From: Acidobacteriota bacterium
GTDB taxonomy: Bacteria > Acidobacteriota > UBA6911
Direction of reading: 5' to 3'
Assembly: GCA_963664705.1 (NCBI GenBank)
Contig: OY761556.1
Location: 3,744,001-3,808,000 of the forward strand
DNA length: 64,000 nucleotides
In this document: positions 9,960 to 20,300 of the stretch, piece by piece
How the letters are laid out: the number at the start of each line of letters is the position of its first letter
How positions within the stretch are numbered: the first letter of the stretch is position 1
The notes under the pieces: generated by a model
What the model was told of the DNA's origin: nothing
The model's database searches: none
The model's input: the letters and a program-made list of their open reading frames with translations, nothing else
Translations under genes and position numbers: made by a program

Positions 9960-11242
9960 GCTCCGCGGCAGATTTGATCCAGCGAAATTTTGGGCTCAAG
10001 GATGGATGCCTCTCCGTTGGCAATATCCCGGTAACGGATATTGTCAAAACCTATGGAACGCCACTCTACATCTATGATCAGGGTGTTCTGGAGCGCAACT
10101 TCAGTCTTTTGCGCGAAACCTATCCCCAGGAATTTTCGATCTACTACTCCATCAAGGCAAATCCCAGCCCTCTCATTATCAAATTCTTTCTTGCCAAAGG
10201 GTGCGGATTGGAAATCGCCTCCTCCGGCGAGCTCCATCATGCCTTAAACGCCGGTTGCACGCCGGGGAGAATTCTCTTTGCAGGTCCGGGAAAAACTGAA
10301 GCAGAGATCGAGGAGGCAATTCGTTCAGGCATTGGTGAATTACATGCGGAATCGATGCTTGAAATTCAGCGAATCGGCCGCATCAGCAAGAACCTGGGCG
10401 TTGTAATGAATGTCGCGATTCGAATCAACCCCGGAGAAGAAGCCGAGGGCGGAGCCATGCGCATGGGCGGAAAAGCAACGCCCTTTGGAATTGATGAAGA
10501 ACTGATGGAAGCAGTACTTAGGGCCACCATTGCCGAAAAGCACATTCACCTCAGCGGTCTGCATTTATTCAGCGGGACTCAGATCCTCAATCATGAAACT
10601 CTATTGCGACAGTATGGCAAGGGGCTTCAAATTGCAGGCCGTTTCGCCGAGGAATTGGGATATGGTCCGGAAACCATCGATTTTGGTGGTGGATTGGGCA
10701 TCCCGTATTTTGCGGGCGAGAAGCCACTGGACATGGACCTGCTCAAAAAGGGTCTTATCGACATGATGGGATCCTTCAGGGAAAACAAATGCTTTGAAAA
10801 GACGCGACTCATTATTGAGCCCGGCAGATACCTTGCCGGGGAAGCTGGCATCTACCTGGCCCGGGTCAACGACATTAAAGTATCCCGGGGGAAGAAATTT
10901 CTGATCCTGGATGGAGGAATGAACCATCATCTAGCAGCATCCGGCAATCTGGGCCAAACCATTAAGCGCAATTTCCCCATTGCCATTGCCAACAAATTGA
11001 GTGCGGATTCAGTCGAGAAGGTGGAGGTGGTTGGCCCGCTCTGCACTCCATTAGATGTGCTGGCTCGCAATGCCGAATTGCCGGAAGCCGACATCGGCGA
11101 CCTTTTTGCCATTTTCCAGTCGGGAGCCTATGGCCGAACTTCGAGCCCGCTTGGCTTTTTGAGTCATGACGCACCGGCAGAGATTTTTATTCGTGACAAT
11201 TTCACGGAACTGATACGGACGCGAGGAGACAGCTCTAACTGA
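9956..11242 (+). CDS. Fold-type III PLP-dependent decarboxylase (LysA/BtrK-like, TIGR03099-like)
   Basis: YSIKANP (PLP Lys), DFGGGLGIPY, EPGRY, GPLCTPLD; ATGA overlap with the ligase. Confidence 0.9.
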   Translation: MSSAADLIQRNFGLKDGCLSVGNIPVTDIVKTYGTPLYIYDQGVLERNFSLLRETYPQEFSIYYSIKANPSPLIIKFFLAKGCGLEIASSGELHHALNAGCTPGRILFAGPGKTEAEIEEAIRSGIGELHAESMLEIQRIGRISKNLGVVMNVAIRINPGEEAEGGAMRMGGKATPFGIDEELMEAVLRATIAEKHIHLSGLHLFSGTQILNHETLLRQYGKGLQIAGRFAEELGYGPETIDFGGGLGIPYFAGEKPLDMDLLKKGLIDMMGSFRENKCFEKTRLIIEPGRYLAGEAGIYLARVNDIKVSRGKKFLILDGGMNHHLAASGNLGQTIKRNFPIAIANKLSADSVEKVEVVGPLCTPLDVLARNAELPEADIGDLFAIFQSGAYGRTSSPLGFLSHDAPAEIFIRDNFTELIRTRGDSSN

Positions 11243-11282
11243 ACAAACCTGATCATAGCCGATGGAGCAGGTTAGAATCCCA

Positions 11283-11310
11283 CTGGGAGCACCGGCGTCT
11301 CGCCGGCAAG
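11283..11310 (+). repeat. REP-like palindromic unit (family CTGGGAGCRCCGGCGTCTCGCCGGC)
   Basis: ctgggagcaccggcgtctcgccggcaag; related units at 16856-16883 and 40931-40953, inverted at 15154-15175, 17212-17233, 41057-41078. Confidence 0.75.
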
Positions 11311-11342
11311 AACGAACATAATTAGGCACAAGTAAACAGATA

Positions 11343-13391
11343 ATGATTCATTGGATTGAAGGAATAGCATCCGTTGTTGCCCTGGGACTGGCCGCCCTAT
11401 TGGCGGTATCGCCCCGGTTTGGCAAAGGGACTCGGCAGCTTCTCTACCTTCTGCTGCCGGCGAGCCTCTCTGCTGCCGTTCAGGCCCTCGGGCCCGATAT
11501 ACTGAGCCGCTCCACCCAGGATTGTTTCCGGATATCCTTTGCATTCATTATTCTCGCGTCAAGCGGCGGACTGATCGCTATCGGCAGTCTTAATGGCCGC
11601 GCCAAAAAGAAGTATTTCATCCCGGTATGCCTGTTGGCGCTTCTATTTTCCGGGCTGCTGCTTTTCGTCAATCCTTCGGAAGAAGAGGGGTTGCAGGCCC
11701 CGGAGGGTTATTTTTCGCTGGGAATCCCGGGCTATCTATCGGGCTTGTTCCTGCTTATAACCGCAGTCCTGGTACTTGCCCTGATCGAGCAAATGCTTCG
11801 AAATGCCAGCGAAACCGCACGCTGGGAGCTGAAGTTCCTTTTTCTTGGAGTCGGCGCCCTTTATGCCTCGATCATCTACATGAGTTCTCAGGTGCTGCTG
11901 TTCTCCCCGCGGAGCGGCTTTATTCTCACCAGTGCGGTTGGCCTTTTCCACACGATGCTTTTGATATCGGTAGGACTTATCACCTTGTCCTGGAAACGAA
12001 GCTCCGGGAAAGCACGATTTGCGGTATCTCACGGCGCAATCTACAGTTCCATTACCCTTCTGAGCATCGGAATCTACCTGATTGCCTCCAGCCTGATTGC
12101 CCGTCTAGCGAGCCGCTGGGGCGGCGTCGATCTGCCGACGGAAGCTCTGATTTTCCTTTTATCGGCCCTGGCTCTGACCACGCTCTTCCTGGGGACAGGA
12201 TTCCGGCATCAGACGCGAGCCTGGATCCGGAGGAATATTTTTGCCGGAAGATATGACTACCGTCGGTTCTGGCTGGAGGCAACTGAGCATGTGCGGTCTA
12301 TCGACCCTTTGCCCACAGCCGCAGCAGCCTTGGCCGATATCGTACACCGTGCTCTTGGCGCCATCGAGGTCAGTGTCTGGGTCCGCCTCTGGGATCCCAA
12401 TCGCCTGGCTCTGCTCAGCGCGATGGGAAGCCTTTCAGACTCATTGGGCAAAGAGGAATCAGGAATCATTGAGGAAATACTGGACATTTCGGAACCCATA
12501 GCCGCCGGCGACCTTGAAGATGCAAAAGGCCGTGCGCAAACAAGGGAGTTCATCGCGAGGACGCACGCTTCCCTTCTGGTCCCGCTGCTCTCCAGCAATC
12601 GGATTGTAGGTGTGATTGCGGTTGGGACCGATCGCAGCGGGCACCCCTACGATTATGAAGCAAAGGAATTTCTCCGGGCTCTTGCCGGTCACGCAGCCGG
12701 CGAATTTCATAAATCGGATCTCCTGGCAACGCTGGTGGAGGCCAAGGAAGACGAAGCCTTCCGCAATTTTTCTACCTTTGTCCTGCACGATTTGAAGAAT
12801 TTTGCCTCGACATTGTCCTATATCGCGCAGAATGCGCCCCGGCATCAAAACAACCCGGAATTTCAGAAAGACGCCTTCCAATCGGTTTATGAGACGGCAG
12901 AAAAGATGAAACGTCTCTGCAACAGCCTGAAAACTTTTTCAAGCACCCTGGCAGCCGATAAAAAACCTGCGGATTTAAATCAGGTTGTGCGCTCAGTCGC
13001 CGATAGTCTTAATGGAGTGCTGTCCAGGTATCTGAAACTGGAGCTTGAAGATCTGCCTCCTGCCGCCATCGATGCCGAAGAAATCAAGCGCGTGCTTCAG
13101 AACCTGATTCTGAATGCAAGGGAGGCAATTTCGGAAGATGGATATATAATCATTCGATCTGCCGCGCGAACAGATCACATTGAAGTATCGGTCGAGGATA
13201 ACGGCAAAGGCATGAGCCGGCAGTTTCTGGAAAAGGAGCTTTTCCTTCCGTTCCATACAACGAAAAGCAGTGGATTGGGCATCGGGCTTTTTCAGTCCAA
13301 GAAAATCATGGAAGCCCACCAGGGAACCATTGCGGTTGACAGCGAGGAAGGGAAAGGAACAAAGGTCAGCTTGATTTTTCGCACCCTATAG
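11343..13391 (+). CDS. prsK: PEP-CTERM system sensor histidine kinase PrsK
   Basis: Multi-TM N-terminus, RYDYR, GAF region, H-box FVLHDLKN, HATPase N/G boxes (PFHTTKSSGLGIGL); adjacent to prsR. Confidence 0.92.
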   Translation: MIHWIEGIASVVALGLAALLAVSPRFGKGTRQLLYLLLPASLSAAVQALGPDILSRSTQDCFRISFAFIILASSGGLIAIGSLNGRAKKKYFIPVCLLALLFSGLLLFVNPSEEEGLQAPEGYFSLGIPGYLSGLFLLITAVLVLALIEQMLRNASETARWELKFLFLGVGALYASIIYMSSQVLLFSPRSGFILTSAVGLFHTMLLISVGLITLSWKRSSGKARFAVSHGAIYSSITLLSIGIYLIASSLIARLASRWGGVDLPTEALIFLLSALALTTLFLGTGFRHQTRAWIRRNIFAGRYDYRRFWLEATEHVRSIDPLPTAAAALADIVHRALGAIEVSVWVRLWDPNRLALLSAMGSLSDSLGKEESGIIEEILDISEPIAAGDLEDAKGRAQTREFIARTHASLLVPLLSSNRIVGVIAVGTDRSGHPYDYEAKEFLRALAGHAAGEFHKSDLLATLVEAKEDEAFRNFSTFVLHDLKNFASTLSYIAQNAPRHQNNPEFQKDAFQSVYETAEKMKRLCNSLKTFSSTLAADKKPADLNQVVRSVADSLNGVLSRYLKLELEDLPPAAIDAEEIKRVLQNLILNAREAISEDGYIIIRSAARTDHIEVSVEDNGKGMSRQFLEKELFLPFHTTKSSGLGIGLFQSKKIMEAHQGTIAVDSEEGKGTKVSLIFRTL

Positions 13392-13471
13392 AAATCGAAC
13401 TATTACCAGCAAGGCTCAGAAGATAGCCTGGGCCACATTGCAGCGATTTGCCTGCGGCAGTCCAAAGGAAG

Positions 13472-14839
13472 ATGAAAACAGGAAAAAGTGTATTGCCGAA
13501 GATACTGATTGTGGATGATGACGAACAGATCCGAAAGCAGATTCAGTGGGCGCTGAGTGATGAATTCAGCGTTTTTTCGGCGGGCGACAGACCGGCTGCA
13601 TTAGAAGTATTCAAGGAGGAACAGATCCCGGTCGCCCTGCTCGATCTGGGACTCCCACCTCATCCACGGGAAGCCGTTGAGGGATTGCAGACGCTGGAAG
13701 AAATGCTTGGGTTGAATCCCCTGGCAAAGGTCATTATCGTCTCCGGAAATTCCGAGCGAGCCAACGCCCTGGCTGCCATCGATAAAGGGGCGCATGATCT
13801 TTTCCCGAAACCGGTAGACCTCGACGAACTCAAGGTTGTATTGCATCGCGTTTACCGCAGGCTCGAACTGGAAAAGGAAAACATCGACGAGCGGAACCTC
13901 GCCAATCGAGTTTCGTTTGAAGAAATCATCGGTTCAAGCCCTCAAATGCAGGATATTTTCGCAACCGTTCGCAAGGTTGCGGCCACGGACATTCCGGTTT
14001 TGATTACGGGAGAAAGTGGAACAGGCAAGGAATTAGTTGCCAATGCGGTTCATAACCTGAGCCAGCGGAAAAACGGTCCCTTTATTGCCATAAACTGTGG
14101 AGCCATCCCGGACACGCTTCTGGAAAGCGAGCTCTTTGGCCATGAGAAGGGATCCTTTACGGGAGCCTCTGCACAGCGAAAAGGCAAGGTGGAGTATGCC
14201 AATGGAGGAACCCTTTTTCTTGACGAAATCGGCGATCTCCTTCCGGAACTCCAGGTCAAGATCCTGAGATTTCTGCAGGAGAGGGTCATTGAGCGCATCG
14301 GAGGCAGACAGCCAATTCCAGTAGACATTCGGGTGATTGCAGCGACGAACCAGAATCTGGAGGCTGAGGTCAAAGCAAACCACTTTCGAGAAGATCTTTT
14401 CTTTCGTTTGGCCGTAGTCAAAATGGCGTTGCCCCCCTTAAGACAAAGGGGTAATGACGTAATCCAGCTGGCCGAACATCTGGCTTTGGCATTTGCAAAA
14501 GAATTAAAAATGCCGCCGAAGAGGTTTTCGAAAGCCGCTCTCGACGCCATGCGCCGCTATGAATGGCCTGGGAACGTCCGGGAATTGCAGAATCGCGTAA
14601 AACGGGCATTGGTGCTGGCGGATGGACCGACCATTGGCCCGGCTGAACTGGAACTGGAAGTCCCGGGGGGAGCATCGGGATCAGCCGCATCAACGCTTAA
14701 GGAAGCCAAAGAAGCGTTGGAAAAGGAAATTCTGGCCAACGCATTGCGGGATAATAACGGAAACATATCCAAGACAGCAAAATCGCTCGGCATATCCAGG
14801 CCTACTCTCTATGATCTGATGGCCCGATATGGACTTTAG
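13472..14839 (+). CDS. prsR: PEP-CTERM-box sigma54-dependent response regulator PrsR
   Basis: Receiver with LLDLGLPP, GESGTGKE, GSFTGA loop, WPGNVREL, C-terminal HTH LGISRPTLYDL. Confidence 0.93.
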   Translation: MKTGKSVLPKILIVDDDEQIRKQIQWALSDEFSVFSAGDRPAALEVFKEEQIPVALLDLGLPPHPREAVEGLQTLEEMLGLNPLAKVIIVSGNSERANALAAIDKGAHDLFPKPVDLDELKVVLHRVYRRLELEKENIDERNLANRVSFEEIIGSSPQMQDIFATVRKVAATDIPVLITGESGTGKELVANAVHNLSQRKNGPFIAINCGAIPDTLLESELFGHEKGSFTGASAQRKGKVEYANGGTLFLDEIGDLLPELQVKILRFLQERVIERIGGRQPIPVDIRVIAATNQNLEAEVKANHFREDLFFRLAVVKMALPPLRQRGNDVIQLAEHLALAFAKELKMPPKRFSKAALDAMRRYEWPGNVRELQNRVKRALVLADGPTIGPAELELEVPGGASGSAASTLKEAKEALEKEILANALRDNNGNISKTAKSLGISRPTLYDLMARYGL

Positions 14840-14900
14840 ACAGGAATAAAGCCAGGTTGCGCGCCGGCTAGAAAACCGAGACGGCCTAATGCTCTATTTT

Positions 14901-15175
14901 ATATCAGCCCCGGAGGGGCGATCAGAGAGTAGCCGGGGGTGAAGCGCAGCGAACCCCCGGAAGAGATAAACGCGAGAAAGAGCCCTGTAAGGGCGAAAGA
15001 TCGGGCCTTCTGCCGCCCCTTCGGGGCTGGTTACTGGTCTAATCCAATCCGGGGGTTCGCTGCGCTTCACCCCCGGCTACTTGCTTTCGGCCCTCCGGGC
15101 CTGTTGCTTCACTCGCGTCGCAGGGCATAGAACAAATAGTTTATGTGGCATTAGCCGGGACGACGGCGCTACCGG
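14901..15175. repeat. Composite REPIN/MITE-like hairpin element, copy 1
   Basis: Perfect 32-bp inverted repeat 14929-14960 vs 15049-15080, nested hairpins; direct repeat of 16962-17233. Confidence 0.85.
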
Positions 15176-15299
15176 CAGGCAAAAGTGGGTCTTTGCAGAC
15201 TCGGATTGATGTGAGGGCCAGGACTTATCCACAGGAAGCGTCTCAGCGCAGACTCTCCAAATACAAACAATGTATAGCAAAAGTGATTCTGACACCCTG

Positions 15300-16139
15300 A
15301 TGAGACTAGACAAAAAGACTTTGGCTGCGTTTGTGGTGCTGGCAGGTTGCTTTGCATGGCTGTATCAACATGTCATCGCCAAACTCGTGCGGGACTGGTA
15401 CATTGATGAAAACTATTCCCATGGATTTCTGATTCTTCCGATTGCTCTATATTTTGTCTGGGAGCGCAGAAATGAATTAAAGGAAACGCCGCAACACCCG
15501 AATTCTTGGGGGATTGTGATCGTCCTGGGCAGCATGGGCAGCCTGCTGGCAGGCGTGCTGGGATCGGAGCTGTTTTTAACCCGAATATCCATTCTCGGAA
15601 CTATCGCAGGTGCCGTATTGTTTCTGTATGGATGGAGACATTTAAAGATTCTGCTCCTCCCAATTCTGTTCCTGCTTCTGATGATCCCCATTCCGGCCAT
15701 TATCTTCAACCAGATTGCATTTCCCCTTCAGTTGCTGGCCTCGCGTTTCGGTGAAATGGCATTGATTGCGACGCAGATACCCGTTTTGCGTGAAGGAAAT
15801 GTCATTCACCTGGCGAACACCAGTCTTGAAGTTGCCGAAGCATGCAGCGGAATCCGTTCTCTAATCTCTTTGCTGACCTTGGGAATCGTCTATGGATATT
15901 TTATCGATTCCCGCATATGGGTAAGGCTGGTTCTCGCCATTGGCACGATTCCCATCGCTATTGTGGCGAATGGAATTCGAGTCGCGGGAACCGGTATCGC
16001 GGCGCATTACTATGGAGCGGAGGCGGCGCATGGATTCATCCATACTTCCGCCGGGTGGGCCATTTTTGTCATCGCGTTCATTATGATGTTTATTTTGTAT
16101 AAACTGATTGCCTTGTTCGCACCTGCGGATAGAAAATAG
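15300..16139 (+). CDS. xrtA: Exosortase (EpsH/XrtA family)
   Basis: YSHG motif; catalytic Cys (VAEACSGIRS), Arg (ANGIR), His (FIH); about 8 TM. Confidence 0.93.
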   Translation: MRLDKKTLAAFVVLAGCFAWLYQHVIAKLVRDWYIDENYSHGFLILPIALYFVWERRNELKETPQHPNSWGIVIVLGSMGSLLAGVLGSELFLTRISILGTIAGAVLFLYGWRHLKILLLPILFLLLMIPIPAIIFNQIAFPLQLLASRFGEMALIATQIPVLREGNVIHLANTSLEVAEACSGIRSLISLLTLGIVYGYFIDSRIWVRLVLAIGTIPIAIVANGIRVAGTGIAAHYYGAEAAHGFIHTSAGWAIFVIAFIMMFILYKLIALFAPADRK

Positions 16140-16195
16140 CTTCGCGGCTGCCGGGTCCCATCCAAAAACAAAGGCAGCCTGCGCACCCTAAAACT

Positions 16196-16840
16196 ATGAA
16201 AATTCGACTAATTTTACTTTGTCTGGTTCTTGTGGCGGCATCTGCCTTTATCGCGCACGCCTCGCGGCCGGAGGAGGTGCCCATTCGGGCATCGCTCTCC
16301 GAGCTGCCAATGCAGCTTGGCAACTGGTCGGGCCGCCAGTCTCCGGATATGGACTCCAATGTCCTGGCGGTCTTGGGTGTGGACGATTACATCAACCGTA
16401 CTTACTACAATTCCGAATCGCTTCCCGCCGGGCTTTATATCGGGTATTACCGGAGCCAGCGGGAGGGCGATACCATCCATTCTCCGCTGAATTGCCTGCC
16501 TGGCGCGGGTTGGAATCCTGTAAAAAACGAACATATTGCTATTTCGGCGGAAGGTCTTCCTTCCATTGAAATCAACCGCATAATCATCGCGAAGGGAATG
16601 GAAGAACAAGTGGTATTGTACTGGTATCAGAGCCACGGGCGAGTGATAGCCAGCGAATACTGGGGAAAGATCTATACGGTCTTAGATGCCCTGCGCACCA
16701 ATCGGACGGACGCAGCCCTGGTCCGCGTTATTTGCCCCGTAGCCGGCAATGATCCAAAAGCCGAAATGCTGGCAGAACAGAACGGAACGGATTTTGTAAA
16801 ATCGCTCTATCCGCAATTAGGGCGTTTTTTGCCGGAATAG
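16196..16840 (+). CDS. epsI: EpsI family exosortase partner
   Basis: YIGYYRSQ..G..IHSPLNCLPGAGW, VLYWYQ, RTDAALVRV. Confidence 0.93.
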   Translation: MKIRLILLCLVLVAASAFIAHASRPEEVPIRASLSELPMQLGNWSGRQSPDMDSNVLAVLGVDDYINRTYYNSESLPAGLYIGYYRSQREGDTIHSPLNCLPGAGWNPVKNEHIAISAEGLPSIEINRIIIAKGMEEQVVLYWYQSHGRVIASEYWGKIYTVLDALRTNRTDAALVRVICPVAGNDPKAEMLAEQNGTDFVKSLYPQLGRFLPE

Positions 16841-16855
16841 TGGCCATTGAACGAA

Positions 16856-17233
16856 CCGGGAGCGCCGGGGTCTCGCCGGCAAGAGCGTGTCCGCTTCCAC
16901 GGCGCTGATGCCGCCAGCTACCGCTCCCTATTATTTGCCCAAGTAGCAGGTTGGGCGATGCATATCAGCCCCGGAGGGGCGATCAGAAAGTAGCCGGGGG
17001 TGAAGCGCAGCGAACCCCCGGTAGAGATAAGCGCGAGAAAGAGCCCTGAAAGGGCGAAAGATCGGGCATTCTGCCTAAACTTCGGGGCTTGTTACGGGTC
17101 TAATCCAAGCCAGGGTTGAGCGTAGCGAACCCCTGGCTGCTTGCTTTCGGTACTCCGGGCCTGTTGATTCACTCGCGTCGCAGGGCTCAGAACAATTAGT
17201 ATGCAGCATTAGACGGGGCGCCGGTGCTCCCAG
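16856..17233. repeat. Composite REPIN/MITE-like hairpin element, copy 2
   Basis: Outer inverted REP units 16856-16883 and 17212-17233; inner 16962-17233 is a direct repeat of 14901-15175. Confidence 0.85.
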
Positions 17234-17322
17234 TTTCGAACGGCTTCCAGAAACTCGATGATCAATCTATTCGCCGTAAACCTGCAAAGCGGCAGTTTGC
17301 TGCCGCATTCCAAAGGAAGAAT

Positions 17323-20300
17323 ATGAAAAGGACTATTTGCCTACTGTTGACTCTTTGCCTGCTGATGGCAGCCTGTTCCCGAAGTCCGCAAAAATCCGTT
17401 GAACGCGGAAAGCAGTTTCTGCAGGAAAAGAAATACAGCGAAGCGATGATAGAATTCCGGAATGCCCTGAAGGCAGATCCCAAACTAGCCGATGCTCATT
17501 TCCAGATGGGAATGACCTATCTCGCCTTGGGCCACATCTCGGATGCAGGCCCATCCATTATTCAGGCGGCAACACTGGATTCAGGAAACATCGAAGCCCA
17601 GATCCTGGCGGGCTATTTTCTTATTCTCGACCGCAAGTTCGAGGAAGCCACATCAAAAGCCCTGGCCGTTCAAAAAAAGGATTCTCGGAATATACGGGCA
17701 CAAATCCTCCTGGGAAATAGCTATGTGGGGAAAATTGATCTCAATGCGTCCATTGGGGCGTTGAGAAACGCCCTGCTGGTTGAGCCCAAATTTCTGCCGG
17801 CCTTTTTCGTATTTGCCATGCCTCAGGAAGCCAGGCGCGATCCATTGGCAGAAGAAACCCTGAAAAAGACGTGCGATCAGGATGCCGGCTCCATTGAAGC
17901 CAAGCTGGCCCTGGGCAATTTTTATCTCATGTCCAAACGCATGCCGGAAGCAGAACAACAATACCGGGCAGCCCTGGCTTCCAATCCGCGATCGATCGAT
18001 GCCAACCAGGCATTGGCTTTTTGCTTTCTGCAGATGCAGAAACTTGACCAGGCTGAACAGCTTTACGCTCAACTGAAAGACCAGAACCCGCAGGAACCCT
18101 CCCTTGGAATCATGCTCGGCGATTTCTATGCCGGGACCGGTAAAATGGAAACCGCGGTCCGGACATACCAGCAGGTAATGACGGCAAATCCGAAATTTGC
18201 AGTCGCCAAGAGGCGTCTTGCCGGCATTTACCTGTCTCAGAAAAACTTCGATACAGCATCCCAGCTGGCGGGTGAGTTGCTGAAGGAAGATCCGCGGGAC
18301 TTCGAGGCGGGTCTGGTTCAGGGACGTATTCTTCTGATACAGAATAAGCCCGAGGAAGCTGTCAAGCAGCTCGAAAACACAGTCAAGACTGCGCCTCGCT
18401 CTTCGGCGGCGCATTATTTCCTGGGTATTGGCTATTTGCAGATCCGCAATACGCAAAAGGCAGAGCCGGAATTTACAGCGGCAACACGGCTGGATCCGTC
18501 ATTCCTGCAGGCAAAGCTGGCATTGGCGCAGGTAGTGTTGGACAACGGCGATGCGGATGCAGCGATTCGCTATTCACAGGAGGCTCTGACGCAGAATGCC
18601 GGTGCCCTGGATGCAAAGCTGATTTTGGGAAGTGCCTATGCGGTTAAAGGAAACTTCACAGCCGCCATTCCGGAGTTAGAGGAATACGCCAACAAAGTAC
18701 CCGCCAACCCGATCGGACGATATCGCCTCGGAGTGGTTTATCTGAATCAGAAAAATGCGGATAAAGCATTAGCGCAGTTTGAAGCGGCACTGAAAGCAAA
18801 TCCGCTTCATCTGGAAAGCCTTGCAAGCCTTTGCAACATCTATCTGACGCAAAAGGCTCCCGACAAAGCGATCAGCCGGTTGACCCAAACAATTGCCACT
18901 TATCCCAATGTGCCCGAGCTCTATCAACTGCTTGGACGGATATATCTGGCCCAAAACAATACGGCAAAAGCGGAAGAACAGTATCGAAAGGCTGCTTCCG
19001 TTAATTCCAAGAACCCTAATGCCGGCCTGTCTCTGGCAGGCTTTTATTCCACAATCGGCCAGACGGATAAGAGTGTCGTTACGCTGCAAGGCATTTTGAA
19101 GGAAAATCCGGGGAATACGGCTGCAGCTACTGCTTTAGGAGACCTTTACATCTCCCAGAAGGCTTTTGACAAAGCCCTCTCGACTGCAGACGAGATGATC
19201 CAAAAGAATCCCAAGAGCGCGGAGGCATTGACTTTAAAGGGACGAGTTCTCCTGGCTCAAAACAAGCTTCAGGATGCCATCGGCCAATTGCAGAATGCAG
19301 TGAATCTGAACGGCGCTTCACCGGTGGCTCGATATTATCTCGGCATCGCGCAATTGCAGGCCAGGAACCCGCAACGCGCCGAGGCCGAGTTGCAGGAGTC
19401 CGTCAAGACGGCAGGAAGATTTGTTCTCCCCTATGTTGCGCTTGCGACATTGAAGCTTGATTCTGGAGATTCCGACGCGGCCGCGCAACTGGCTCAAAAA
19501 GCGTTGAGTATCAACGCAGCCCTGCCGGATGCAGCCCTGATTCTGGGACAAGCCTATACGGCTAAGCGAGACTATGCCAATGCGTCCAAGATTCTCGAGG
19601 ATCTGGTCAAGCGCTATCCGGACAATGCGGCAGCAATCAAGTCGCTGGCCCAGGCAAACCTCGCCATGGGAAATGCGGTTCAAGCCGCTTCCCTGTTCAG
19701 CAAAATCCTCGAAAAAGATCCGCAGAATGTGGAAGCGCTGACTGGAATGGCCGGCGTGCAGATGATGCAGAACAACCCGGCAAAGGCCGAGGAACTGTAC
19801 CGGAAAGCCGCTCAGCTGGCGCCGCAAAACAGCGGCCCTAAAAAGGGGCTTGCGAGTTTGTACATTCGCCAGAAGGCCTATGATAAGGCATTGCCACTGG
19901 CGGACGAGATCATCAAGATCGGAGATCCGGATGGAAAAACGCTGAAGGCACAGCTTCTCCTTAGCCAAAATAAGGGAGCGGAGGCGGCAAAGGAGCTTCA
20001 ATCAACGGCCGGCACGAAGGGCAACTCCGCGCAATCGCGCTTCATGCTGGGAGCAGCGTACCTTCAGGATAAGAAACCAGCTCAAGCCGAAAGCGAGTGG
20101 AACCAAGCCATTCAAATTGACAACAAGTTTGCCCCCGCCTATTTAGCACTAGCCCAGCTAAAGCTGAATAGCGGAGATCCCGACGCCGCCATTCGCTTTG
20201 CACAGGAGGGGCTGAAGGCCGATGCGTCGATGAACAATCTTCACCTGATCCTCGGCAATGCGCTTGCAAGCAAGGCGGACTTCTCTGGTGCGATCAAGGA

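Noticed and set aside
9956-11242. Housekeeping lysA
   Set aside because: Coupling to the acyl-CoA ligase and the GMNHHLAASGNLGQ motif fit the exosortase-associated/BtrK-like subfamily
14939-15130. 63-aa ORF in the prsR-xrtA spacer
   Set aside because: Translation of the REP-like hairpin; not supported as a gene
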